From: Snowella sp.
Lineage (GTDB): Bacteria > Cyanobacteriota > Cyanobacteriia > Cyanobacteriales > Microcystaceae
Length of the DNA: 60,746 bases
Direction: 5' to 3'
Assembly (NCBI GenBank): GCA_035285545.1
Contig: JAYKGY010000012.1
Span: forward strand, 1-60,746
The position numbers and the translations under genes are program-made. This document shows, in pieces, positions 32,971-42,194 of the stretch. The notes below the pieces were generated by a model. That model was given only the letters and a program-made list of their open reading frames with translations. It made no database searches and had not been told where the DNA came from. Numbering within the stretch: position 1 is the first letter of the stretch; every line of letters begins with the position of its first letter.

Positions 32971-34189
32971 GTTAGACCGCGCAAGAAACACCTAATACAT
33001 CACACGACTTGAACCTTCTTCATCGAGTATAACCAAGACATTGGATGACTTTTAAGAGTTTTATTTCTAGAAGCTCGATACTCAACTTTCTTTCTATATA
33101 AGGCACCTCCCGCTACTGTCAAACCGATAGTTGGCTCTAGAAAACTGCCTGCCAAAGCAATTACTGCTGTTGCCATTTCACTTGATAGAAAAACTTTTTT
33201 AGCTTCATCCTTTAACTCATCCTGCAAAAGATTAAGGTCACTTTTCATCTCCTGCTCAAATATCCTTTCAATCTCAATAGTGTCTTGTTCATTTTGTGAT
33301 TCTTTTAATTTATCTGCATAATCTTCAATCCTCCGAAGATAGTTATGCCGTAGCTCTCTAATATGCGCTCCACTAGCTGTCTTTTCTTTTTCTCGTATTT
33401 CAACTAAGCGTGATAAACTAACATCCTTAAAATTCATCATTTTTAGAGAGATTGTCAGTAGACGTTCGCTTTCATGGTCAAATTTACCAAGTTCAGCCCC
33501 CTCAATAGTTGCTAAATATCGATCTAAAGCTGAATAAGATGCATTCTGGTCTGTAATGAGTCGCTTCTGTGTACCTGCACAGAAATCTGCCAAGATTGAC
33601 ATAAGTGTTAACCCAAATGCACCAGAAGTTTCAAATTCCTCATCGTTTATCTTCTCTGCTAAACCTTCCTCACAGAGCCTTTCCCATGTCCTAGCACTAA
33701 ACTTCTCAGTATACACACTGTAACGCAAATAATCGGGAACATCTTTGACAAAGAACCAATTAGGAAGAGGGTGTTTAAGAAGATCGATTATGGCATCATT
33801 TGTCTGTTGTTTCTGGTCAGATGTTGGTATGTACTTCTGGCTGAAAGAACGAACTGCTTCTCCTAGCTCAGAATCAGAGTAATGTGGCTCAAAATGATTG
33901 TCAGGAGATATATATTCAATTTTGTCCCATAGAAAAAGTGCATTTTTAAATAAATTCTTACTCATTTTTACGTGTGGGTAGTATAAAGCTGCAAGCATAG
34001 TTTTAGAGATTTTCTCGAACAGAAACTTTTACCGACCTAATTATCGCAACTTTAGCAAGCATTCCGCTATGCCCTAACCAGAGAACTAGCGGTCTAACTA
34101 CGTATTATATGGAAGTTTTCTATATATCATTCCAAATAAGAGTTTTATCAAGAATTTTTCTGCATAATACCCAAATAATGATGTTAGAC
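32971..34189 (+). mobile_element. Putative solitary integron-like gene cassette
   Basis: GTTAGACCGC (32971-32980) is the exact reverse complement of GCGGTCTAAC (34089-34098). The latter opens an imperfect hairpin closed by GTTAGAC (34183-34189). Both fit the RYYYAAC/GTTRRRY boxes. No integrase in the window. Confidence 0.55.
33000..33998 (-). CDS. Hypothetical protein (ALYYP...ALFLWD N-terminus, DUF6236-like), cassette cargo
   Basis: 332-aa ORF with a C-terminal hydrophobic hairpin; no HIP1 site seen. Family name from memory only. Confidence 0.8.
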   Translation of the reverse strand: MLAALYYPHVKMSKNLFKNALFLWDKIEYISPDNHFEPHYSDSELGEAVRSFSQKYIPTSDQKQQTNDAIIDLLKHPLPNWFFVKDVPDYLRYSVYTEKFSARTWERLCEEGLAEKINDEEFETSGAFGLTLMSILADFCAGTQKRLITDQNASYSALDRYLATIEGAELGKFDHESERLLTISLKMMNFKDVSLSRLVEIREKEKTASGAHIRELRHNYLRRIEDYADKLKESQNEQDTIEIERIFEQEMKSDLNLLQDELKDEAKKVFLSSEMATAVIALAGSFLEPTIGLTVAGGALYRKKVEYRASRNKTLKSHPMSWLYSMKKVQVV

Positions 34190-34329
34190 AGATTGGCAGC
34201 AACTGTAGCCCCTGCTCTTCCCTAAATCTGGACGTAGGGCGCGAAATCATTCACATTAAAAACCATTCCCACCTGACCGAGCAATCCTACCTTGACTGGA
34301 GCAAAGATTACTTGTTCATTTTTTAATAT

Positions 34330-34356
34330 AAAAAAGGACGAATTCTCTCCGTCCTT
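34330..34356 (-). terminator. Intrinsic terminator after typA
   Basis: Minus strand AAGGACG...CGTCCTT followed by a T-run. Confidence 0.7.
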
Positions 34357-34395
34357 AACTTAAAAGTATTTTGAAATACTTAGCGTTACTGTTAT

Positions 34396-36189
34396 TTAAC
34401 GTTTAGCCAATTTTTGCGCTCTGACTTTGCGTAAACGAATGGATTTTGGGGTCACTTCTACCAACTCATCGGAGCCGATATATTCTAGGGCACGCTCTAA
34501 ACTCATTTCAACAGGAGCCTGTAATTGAACCAGTTCATCCCCCGTTGCAGAACGATGGTTTGTTAACTGTTTGGCCTTACAGATATTGAGTTCGAGATCT
34601 TGGGGGCGATTATGTTCACCGATAATCATGCCTTTATAAACCTTGGTTCCTGGCGTGATGAAGAATACACCGCGATCTTCAGCATTTTTCATGGCGTAGA
34701 AAGTAGCCGTTCCTTCTTCAAAAGCGGTAATAACACCGTTGTAGCGAGTTTCCACATCGCCGGACATAGACCGATATTCAAGGAAACTGTGGTTCATGAT
34801 GCCTTCACCGCGAGTTAAACGGATGAATTCACCCCGAAAACCGATTAAGCCCCGTGCAGGAATGACAAATTCCAGTTGGGTACGGTTGTTAGTGCCTTTT
34901 TGCATATCTTGCATTTCGCCACGACGTTGATTGAGGCGGTCAATACAGGAACCCACAGCCGCTTCAGGAACATCTAAGACTAAATATTCAAAAGGCTCAC
35001 AGGGTTGACCGTTAACTTCACGGAAAATAACTTGAGGCTGGGACACTTGAAACTCATAGCCTTCACGACGCATGGTTTCAATTAAGATCCCTAAGTGCAG
35101 TTCACCCCGTCCTGATACTAGGAATTTTTCCGCCGAATCACTTTCTTCAACCCGTAAGGCAACATTGGTTTCCAATTCCCGATAGAGGCGATCGCGGAGT
35201 TGACGAGAGGTAACAAACTGGCCTTCTTGACCGGCAAAGGGAGAGTCATTAACCGAGAAGGTCATCTGCAAGGTGGGTTCATCCACTTTGATCAAGGGTA
35301 AGGCTTGGGGATCATCGGGATTGGTTAAGGTTTCCCCAATGTTGGCATCAGCAAATCCTGCTACAGCGACAATATAACCTGCACTGGCTTCGTCCATTTC
35401 CACCCGTTGCAGACCGTTGAAACCTAAGAGCTTAGTAACACGACCTTTAACGATATCGCCAGTATCTTTCACTAAAGCAACCTGTTGACCCGATTTGATG
35501 CGACCGTTATGGATACGACCGATCACAATCCGTCCTAAATATTCGGAATAATCCAAGCTGGTTACTTGTAATTGCAAAGGCTTTTCAGGATCGCCAGCCG
35601 GTGGGGGAACATGGTGTAAAATCGCTTGGAATAAGGGTTCCATATCAACCCCTTCATCCTCTAAATTGGCTTTGGCAAATCCTGCTAAACCCGACGCAAA
35701 AAGGGTTGTAAAATCACACTGGTCATCATCAGCCCCTAATTCCACAAAGAGATCAAAGACTTTATCAACGGCAGTATTGGGGTCAGCGCGAGGGCGGTCA
35801 ATTTTGTTAACAACCAGAATCGGGCGTAACCCTTTTTCTAGGGCTTTTTTCAGTACAAATCGAGTCTGGGGCATGGGGCCTTCATTGGCATCGACGATAA
35901 GAATGCAACCATCCACCATTCCGAGTACCCGCTCCACTTCTCCACCGAAATCTGCGTGACCAGGGGTATCAACAATATTAATTAAGGTATCTTGATAACG
36001 AACGGCGGTATTTTTGGAAAGGATGGTAATGCCGCGCTCCCGTTCTAAGGCGTTGGAATCCATAACACAATCTGGTACGTCTTCCCCTTCGCGGAAAATG
36101 CCGGACTGTTTGAGGAGTGCATCAACTAGGGTCGTTTTACCGTGATCGACGTGGGCGATGATGGCAATATTGCGAATGGGGAGGGACAT
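34396..36189 (-). CDS. typA: Translational GTPase TypA/BipA
   Basis: [48 protein letters not shown]. Confidence 0.97.
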   Translation of the reverse strand: MSLPIRNIAIIAHVDHGKTTLVDALLKQSGIFREGEDVPDCVMDSNALERERGITILSKNTAVRYQDTLINIVDTPGHADFGGEVERVLGMVDGCILIVDANEGPMPQTRFVLKKALEKGLRPILVVNKIDRPRADPNTAVDKVFDLFVELGADDDQCDFTTLFASGLAGFAKANLEDEGVDMEPLFQAILHHVPPPAGDPEKPLQLQVTSLDYSEYLGRIVIGRIHNGRIKSGQQVALVKDTGDIVKGRVTKLLGFNGLQRVEMDEASAGYIVAVAGFADANIGETLTNPDDPQALPLIKVDEPTLQMTFSVNDSPFAGQEGQFVTSRQLRDRLYRELETNVALRVEESDSAEKFLVSGRGELHLGILIETMRREGYEFQVSQPQVIFREVNGQPCEPFEYLVLDVPEAAVGSCIDRLNQRRGEMQDMQKGTNNRTQLEFVIPARGLIGFRGEFIRLTRGEGIMNHSFLEYRSMSGDVETRYNGVITAFEEGTATFYAMKNAEDRGVFFITPGTKVYKGMIIGEHNRPQDLELNICKAKQLTNHRSATGDELVQLQAPVEMSLERALEYIGSDELVEVTPKSIRLRKVRAQKLAKR

Positions 36190-36426
36190 ACAGTTATTGG
36201 GCGTTAGCGTAAGAACGTGCTAGTAATATTTTGTAACAATCTTAACCTATTGCGGGAACAAGTTGCCAAATGGATCGCATAATGATAGCGATCGCGGGTC
36301 TTTTCCCAGGTCTCCGAAAAATAAACAGATGTGCAGGGATTCCCCTGATTTTGTAGAATAGAACATTGGGTCTAGGAGGTATGCCTCTGTCCCATTGCTC
36401 AACTCGGAAAGCGAAAATAAATTTCT

Positions 36427-37557
36427 ATGATCTCTCAATCCCTTGCCCATCAGACATTAGCGAATACTGACTCAAGTTTTGTATGCCCCCAGTCTTCCGC
36501 TTGTCGTTGGCGTGGATTGATTGAAACCTATCGCCCCTATCTCCCCGTTACTGCGGATACGCCGGTTGTTACGCTGTTAGAAGGGAACACACCGTTAATT
36601 CCGGCTCCCGCGATCGCCGCAGAAATTGGTCGGGATGTGAAAGTTTTTGTGAAATACGATGGTTTGAATCCTACGGGGAGCTTTAAAGACCGAGGAATGA
36701 CCATGGCCATTTCCAAGGCCAAAGAAGCAGGCGCGAAAGCCGTTATTTGTGCAAGTACCGGCAATACTTCAGCCGCAGCCGCAGCCTATGCACGTCGGGC
36801 AGGAATGAGAGCTTTTGTCTTGATTCCTGATGGTTACGTTGCTTTGGGGAAATTGGGCCAAGCCTTAATGTATGGAGCGGAAGTATTAGCGATCGATGGA
36901 AATTTTGATGATGCGTTAACGGCGGTTCGTAAGTTATCGGAAGAATACCCCGTTACTTTAGTAAATTCGGTTAATCCCTATCGTTTAGAAGGCCAAAAAA
37001 CGGCTGCTTTTGAGGTGGTCGATGTGTTAGGAAATGCCCCTGATTGGTTATGTATTCCTGTGGGAAATGCGGGAAATATCAGTGCCTATTGGATGGGTTT
37101 TTGTCAGTATTTGGAATTGGGTAAAAGCGATCGCTTACCAAAAATGATGGGATTCCAAGCCGCAGGAGCCGCACCCTTTATTCATGGTCAACCTGTTGCT
37201 AAACCTGAAACCCTTGCAACCGCCATCCGCATTGGGAATCCTGCTAATTGGGAAAAAGCTTGGGCGGCATCTAAAGCGAGTACTGGGGAATTTAACGCGG
37301 TGACTGATACTGAAATTCTGTCTGCTTACCGTTTATTAGCGGCTCAAGAAGGGATTTTCTGTGAACCTGCCAGTGCCGCATCAGTAGCAGGGTTATTAAA
37401 AGTGAAAGATCAAGTTCCGACAGGTGCAACGGTGGTTTGTGTTCTCACAGGTAATGGTTTAAAAGATCCTGATTGTGCAGTTTCCCACAGTGGCAATCAA
37501 GTTAAGTCAGGGATTAAGCCTCAGATTGCAGAAGTTGCTAAGGCAATGGGATTTTAA
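36427..37557 (+). CDS. thrC: Threonine synthase
   Basis: [45 protein letters not shown]. Confidence 0.96.
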   Translation: MISQSLAHQTLANTDSSFVCPQSSACRWRGLIETYRPYLPVTADTPVVTLLEGNTPLIPAPAIAAEIGRDVKVFVKYDGLNPTGSFKDRGMTMAISKAKEAGAKAVICASTGNTSAAAAAYARRAGMRAFVLIPDGYVALGKLGQALMYGAEVLAIDGNFDDALTAVRKLSEEYPVTLVNSVNPYRLEGQKTAAFEVVDVLGNAPDWLCIPVGNAGNISAYWMGFCQYLELGKSDRLPKMMGFQAAGAAPFIHGQPVAKPETLATAIRIGNPANWEKAWAASKASTGEFNAVTDTEILSAYRLLAAQEGIFCEPASAASVAGLLKVKDQVPTGATVVCVLTGNGLKDPDCAVSHSGNQVKSGIKPQIAEVAKAMGF

Positions 37558-37600
37558 GCATTTTCTGAATCGCCTACTCAATTGCTTTTTCTTAATCGAA

Positions 37601-37723
37601 TTATGGCAAAGGCTTAATGGTTACTAATCCCCCAGCAAACCCTTGAAGATTCAACTCATAACCCTCAAGTAAACCCATGCCAACTAACGGTTCTGTTTCT
37701 GACTCATTGACTTCAATAACGAT
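37601..37723 (-). pseudogene. C-terminal remnant of a clan AA (retropepsin-like) aspartic protease
   Basis: Reads IVIEVNESETEPLVGMGLLEGYELNLQGFAGGLVTIKPLP*. PLVGMxLL is the typical C-terminal motif; no start codon and no DTG active site. Confidence 0.7.
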
Positions 37724-37961
37724 GGACGGCACGATGTCCAATCCGAATACCGAATATCTGTGCGTCAGGAAAACGTATCAATAATTGTTTGGCCGCCGTT
37801 AGGCTATCCTCAGCGACTTCAAAAGCTCCTGTTTCAATATCTATGGCTACAATCTTTTCATAATTGTCTTCTTCGACTTGGTGGCGCACCTGAGACTCGT
37901 AAATTTCGTGTCCACGCCGAGCAAATTCTTCTTTACTGTAGCGGGGTTGTCGTATTGTCAT
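37713..37961 (-). CDS. Small protein of the type usually paired with clan AA aspartic proteases (DUF5678-like); C-terminus probably clipped
   Basis: RYSKEEFARRGHEIYE...KIVAIDIETGAFEV...RIGHRAVHR; 3' end runs into the protease remnant. Confidence 0.75.
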   Translation of the reverse strand: MTIRQPRYSKEEFARRGHEIYESQVRHQVEEDNYEKIVAIDIETGAFEVAEDSLTAAKQLLIRFPDAQIFGIRIGHRAVHRY

Positions 37962-38044
37962 CGTTTCAATATGTTTTTTATGATTTTACTTTAACTAATT
38001 TTAGGGAATAACGGGTTTCAATATTATTAGCGGATGTTGGACTA

Positions 38045-38287
38045 ATGACTAAAAACGTAATGATTATGAACGAAAGATCTTTTGATTCTACGGGTAATCC
38101 TGATGATGATATTCTGCCTGAATATGATTTTGATTATCGTCAAGCAAAATCTAATCGCTTTGTTTCGCAGGATGAAGAAAAACGGTTAAAAGTTGTTTTT
38201 TTAGATGAAGATGTGGCTAAAGTTTTTAAAACACCTGAATCTGTCAATAAGGTTCTCAGAGCTTTAATTGGATTTATGCCATCATAA
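38045..38287 (+). CDS. Orphan antitoxin-like protein (partner type of BrnT toxins)
   Basis: DDILPEYDFDY...NRF...VVFLDEDVAKVFKTPESVNKVLRALI; no toxin ORF directly upstream. Confidence 0.7.
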   Translation: MTKNVMIMNERSFDSTGNPDDDILPEYDFDYRQAKSNRFVSQDEEKRLKVVFLDEDVAKVFKTPESVNKVLRALIGFMPS

Positions 38288-38350
38288 TTTTGCAATATTC
38301 ACATTAGATATTGTTTGATTAGAAGGTAATTTAATTGTCTTCCTTGTTGT

Positions 38351-39883
38351 TTATTTTTTTATTTTTACTTCTATTGGTATCGATTGATTATTCGTTGTTT
38401 TTATATCTATAGGAATAGAATTATTTTTGACTGTTACATCTAAGGGAATAGGCACAGTCTTAGATTTGTCTTTAGAATCAGTGTTGACTATTATAGTTTT
38501 AGTTGGTTGTGCTTCTTGATTAACTGTTTTATCAAGATTATTTGAACAAGCAGTCCAAATAATAGAAATCCATGCAATCCCAAATATAAATGGTAAAAAA
38601 CGAGGCGGAGAAAGCCAATTAAAAAAGCTACTTCTAAAGCGACTTGGAAGTCTACGGTTTTTACATACTAAATTAGAAGGGATTTCAAAAGACGTTTGAT
38701 TTATATAATCTATAAGATTTAATTCATTGTTAATTCGTTCTCCTAGCTTCAAACCTAGCGTCAAAAAGCTAAATCTAAAATATCCTTCAGCATGACCTAC
38801 AACATTCCCAGTAGGATTAAACTCATTAGCTGAAATCTGTTTAAGCTTATTTTTATCCTTAAATTCTGCCTTGATTTTCTCAAAAATAATTTTGTATTCT
38901 TTGTCAAATATTTTCATTTGTAGTTCTTGCCACATACGAACATAATTTTCTTGAGATCGAATTGCACGATCAAGAACTAGCCACGTTGAAACTGAAATAG
39001 CAATTCCAGTAAAGCCAATAATAAAATAAAACGATAATGTTAAATATTTTCCAAAACTAAAACCTAGAGCAGAAAACATAAAACCTTGAACTGTCGTCAT
39101 CCAAGTTAGCCGCTTAGCAATTAGTTCATCTTCATAATGAATCCCTTTACGAGAAAATTCTTCTTGTTTTTCTAATTGCTGAATCAATTTCTCGCGTTTT
39201 TTGGTAATTAGTTTAGAAAAAGCCATTATCAATTTTTTTTGTTCATCGTCTGATAAATTATTAATACATTGCCAAAGTTCTACTTTTTTCTTTTTCTGTT
39301 GAATTTGTTTTACTAAGTGATCAATTAATTGATCTGATTCTTCTTTTTTCTTATTGATTAATGTCTGAAAATCACTTATTATTTCTTGCTTTTTTAGGAA
39401 AATCGAAATCCTTAATTTCAAATTATTAAATAAATTGTTATTTTTTTGATACAATTTTGTTTTATTTTTTAACTGCTGAATTAATTCCTGGCGTTTTTGC
39501 GTAATCAGGTTAGAACACAAACTTATTAATTCTTTTTGTTTCTGTTGATTGAAATCACCAATAAGTTGCTTAAGTTCTTCCTGATTATTTAATTTTTTAA
39601 TTAAAGTTTTAGGCTGCTCCATAATTTTTTCATTAAAAGCAGTAATATTGTTTTGCAGTTTGCTGTCTAAGTCTTGATTAATAACAGAAACCTGTTCGCT
39701 TTCTGATTGTTGATTTTCTAATTGTTGTTTTAAAAAATTGATTATAGTATCTTCCAAAGTTAAATTATTCCATCCAGTATTGGTAAATATTGCTTGTTTA
39801 AGACAACTTAAAAGGACTTCTTGCTCTTCTAATGTAAGAGATAGAGATTGAATATGATATAAACCTTGTTGTACCGATGACAT
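38351..39883 (-). CDS. AT-rich hypothetical membrane protein with coiled-coil repeats
   Basis: 510 aa; K/Q/L helical repeats, then HYEDELIAKRLTWMTTVQGFMFSALG plus further TM helices; GGAG upstream. Confidence 0.8.
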   Translation of the reverse strand: MSSVQQGLYHIQSLSLTLEEQEVLLSCLKQAIFTNTGWNNLTLEDTIINFLKQQLENQQSESEQVSVINQDLDSKLQNNITAFNEKIMEQPKTLIKKLNNQEELKQLIGDFNQQKQKELISLCSNLITQKRQELIQQLKNKTKLYQKNNNLFNNLKLRISIFLKKQEIISDFQTLINKKKEESDQLIDHLVKQIQQKKKKVELWQCINNLSDDEQKKLIMAFSKLITKKREKLIQQLEKQEEFSRKGIHYEDELIAKRLTWMTTVQGFMFSALGFSFGKYLTLSFYFIIGFTGIAISVSTWLVLDRAIRSQENYVRMWQELQMKIFDKEYKIIFEKIKAEFKDKNKLKQISANEFNPTGNVVGHAEGYFRFSFLTLGLKLGERINNELNLIDYINQTSFEIPSNLVCKNRRLPSRFRSSFFNWLSPPRFLPFIFGIAWISIIWTACSNNLDKTVNQEAQPTKTIIVNTDSKDKSKTVPIPLDVTVKNNSIPIDIKTTNNQSIPIEVKIKK

Positions 39884-40107
39884 TTCGACTCCTTCTCTCT
39901 ATCAACCTAATTCGCCTGTTTTTCGGTAGAGATGGGAATACAATAAATGAAATCCACGAAAATTGCAAGTAATAGCTCGAAATATAGATTACTGCGGCTG
40001 ATATCGCGCTTGTATGTTTCTGGATTTAAAACAGCGATATAAAATTTAGGCGAGCTTTTTGTAATGTTAAAATTGAACAATCAATAAATTGAAATATTTA
40101 ACCGACG

Positions 40108-40332
40108 ATGACTGAACTTCTCCAACAAGCAATTGCTCAAATTGAACAACTGCCCCCTCATCAACAAGACGCGATCGCTTCTCGACTTTTAGCAGAAATG
40201 CAAGATGAACAACAATGGGAAACTCGCTTTAACAATACAACGGATGAGCAATGGGATCGAATGGCAGAAATGGTACGTCAAGAAATTACCAATGGACAAA
40301 CAACGCTTCTTAATCAGATTTTTCTCTCTTAG
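40108..40332 (+). CDS. Small antitoxin-like protein without its toxin
   Basis: MTELLQQAIAQIEQLPPHQQDAIASRLLAE...DEQQWETRF resembles cyanobacterial type II antitoxins. Confidence 0.7.
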   Translation: MTELLQQAIAQIEQLPPHQQDAIASRLLAEMQDEQQWETRFNNTTDEQWDRMAEMVRQEITNGQTTLLNQIFLS

Positions 40333-40384
40333 AGATGAATATGATGAATTACTTAAAAAAAGCTAGGGCAAATTAGGATAAAAC

Positions 40385-40720
40385 ATGGAAATCCAACTTA
40401 ATCGCTATATCGAAATTACTCCTAACATTAGAAGCGGTAAACCTTGCATTGCGGGTCGGCGGATTACTGTTGCGGATATCGCGATCGCCTATTTGCGATT
40501 AGGACAATCCTTAGAAGAAATTGCAGGAGAATACGACCTTACGTTGGCAGAAGTTTATACCGCGATCGCTTTTTACTACGATAATAAAGCCGCTATAGAT
40601 GAAAGTATTCAAGCCTCAGAAGACTTTGCTGAATCTCTGCGTCCTCAATATCCTTCTTTATTGCAAGAAAAAATTAAAACCTTGAAAAATGCCAGCACGA
40701 ATTCGTTACCACCTCGATGA
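40385..40720 (+). CDS. DUF433-family antitoxin
   Basis: SGKPCIAGRRITVADI...LTLAEVYTAIAFYYDN. Confidence 0.9.
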   Translation: MEIQLNRYIEITPNIRSGKPCIAGRRITVADIAIAYLRLGQSLEEIAGEYDLTLAEVYTAIAFYYDNKAAIDESIQASEDFAESLRPQYPSLLQEKIKTLKNASTNSLPPR

Positions 40721-41024
40721 AAATGTCTCTAGAGCGATCGCGCAAGGTTTAAAACGGTCGGGGATTGATGTTACCTCAGCCAAAGATGTCAAACTAATCG
40801 GAAAAAGTGATCTAGATCATCTGATGTTTGCTAAAACAGAAAAGAGAGTTCTTGTTACTCATGATGATGATTTACTGGTTTTAGCCCATCAGGGTTATGA
40901 ACATTTCGGTATTGCCTATTGCCGTAAAGACTCTCGCTCAGTTGGTGAAATTATTCGCTTACTGATACTGCTTTATGAAATTGCACTACCTGATGAGATG
41001 AAAGGCAGAATAGAATATTTATAA
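40689..41024 (+). CDS. DUF5615/VapC45-like PIN-domain toxin
   Basis: YHLDENV, SDLDHL, RVLVTHDDDL, HFGI; overlaps the DUF433 gene. Confidence 0.88.
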   Translation: MPARIRYHLDENVSRAIAQGLKRSGIDVTSAKDVKLIGKSDLDHLMFAKTEKRVLVTHDDDLLVLAHQGYEHFGIAYCRKDSRSVGEIIRLLILLYEIALPDEMKGRIEYL

Positions 41025-41205
41025 TGCGATCGCGCATTTGGGTTGCTGGATTTAAAACTGCGATATAAAAATTAGGCGATCTTTTTGTAATGTTAAAATT
41101 GAACAACTTCCTCTCTATCAACAAGACGCGATCGCGTTTCGATGAAATTCGGAGCAGACAGAATACTTTCAGGAAAAGCAATCTTTTGATATCATGGTAG
41201 ATTAA

Positions 41206-41286
41206 GCGGACGTGGCGGAATTGGTAGACGCGCTAGATTTAGGTTCTAGTATCTCTGATGTGAGAGTTCGAGTCTCTCCGTCCGCA
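41206..41286 (+). tRNA. trnL: tRNA-Leu (anticodon TAG)
   Basis: Acceptor stem GCGGACG/CGTCCGC, D-arm GGCGGAATTGGTAGACGC, anticodon arm CTAGA-TTTAGGT-TCTAG, long variable arm, T-loop GTTCGAGT; CCA not encoded. Confidence 0.97.
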
Positions 41287-41524
41287 TCTGAAAGGAGTTA
41301 TTAAGCATTAATTAAATTCAATCGCAGTGTATAGCGTCTGTTTGTTTTTGCGTCCCTGTCCTCAAAATTTGGGGAAATCGAGGCAGTCAACCTTAACCAT
41401 CAGCAAGCAAAACAGCGATCGCCAATCCTGAAAAAATAACCAATTGTTACCAATCCCGCAAAGAAACCATAAATTTAGGTAATTATGGTAAGTATTAGGA
41501 ATTTTACGAAAAGCAAACTCAGTT

Positions 41525-42172
41525 ATGTTGATTTGTCCTAACTGTAATCATAGCAATCCTGACGGGGCAACCCAGTGCGAAGCCTGCTATACCGATTTAC
41601 CCCAACTGATCAAGTGCCCTAACTGCGGTGCCCAGGTACAAAGTGATGCTACCTTCTGTGGAAGTTGCGGAGCAAATATCGCCTCCCCCATCCCCGCTAG
41701 TGTCCCTGCACCGAGTCCTGTAGCCAGTGAGCCAGAACCGACGGTTAAACCCATAGCCGCCGTTAGTTCGCCGATTCCTAGTCCGCCTGTACCGAGTGTC
41801 AGCCCTGCTAAGCTGCCTGTTCAGGTAGCAACCCAACTGCAAGTCCAAACCGCTAGTTTTCTCCATGTCCAAACCCAAACGAAGCTGGATTTTCCCCAGG
41901 GGTTAGGGGTGATCCATATTGGGAAGCCTAATGAGCAAATTCCACCCGATATTGATGTTTCCGGCTTTCCCGACTCGGATGTGGTGTCCCGTGTTCATGC
42001 CGATATTCGAGTGGAAGGGGATGCCTATTATATTGAAGATGTGGGCAGTTCTAATGGCACTTATATTAATCACTCTCCCTTGCTCAAAGGCAATCGTCAT
42101 CGCTTACGGTCAGGCGATCGCGTCGCATTAGGGAAAGGAGATTTAATGACCTTCATTTTCCAACTGTCTTGA
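41525..42172 (+). CDS. Double zinc-ribbon / FHA domain protein
   Basis: Four CxxC pairs, Pro-rich linker, FHA motifs VSRVHA and DVGSSNGTYIN. Confidence 0.92.
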   Translation: MLICPNCNHSNPDGATQCEACYTDLPQLIKCPNCGAQVQSDATFCGSCGANIASPIPASVPAPSPVASEPEPTVKPIAAVSSPIPSPPVPSVSPAKLPVQVATQLQVQTASFLHVQTQTKLDFPQGLGVIHIGKPNEQIPPDIDVSGFPDSDVVSRVHADIRVEGDAYYIEDVGSSNGTYINHSPLLKGNRHRLRSGDRVALGKGDLMTFIFQLS

Positions 42173-42194
42173 TCTTTACCCATCAGGGGGTTTC

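Larger units (their letters stand above)
40020..41106 (+). repeat. 61-bp direct repeat (40020-40080 and 41046-41106) flanking a TA block
   Basis: 58/61 identical by manual alignment; contains extended -10-like TGTTAAAAT. Confidence 0.9.

Noticed and set aside
39932..40019. Possible further DUF433 remnant (ITAADIALV resembles ITVADIAIA)
   Set aside because: The match is too short and interrupted by stops to call without an alignment score.
37560..41286. tRNA-anchored integrative element or prophage
   Set aside because: The accessory DNA lies 5' of the tRNA, I found no duplicated tRNA end, and there are no integrase or phage genes.
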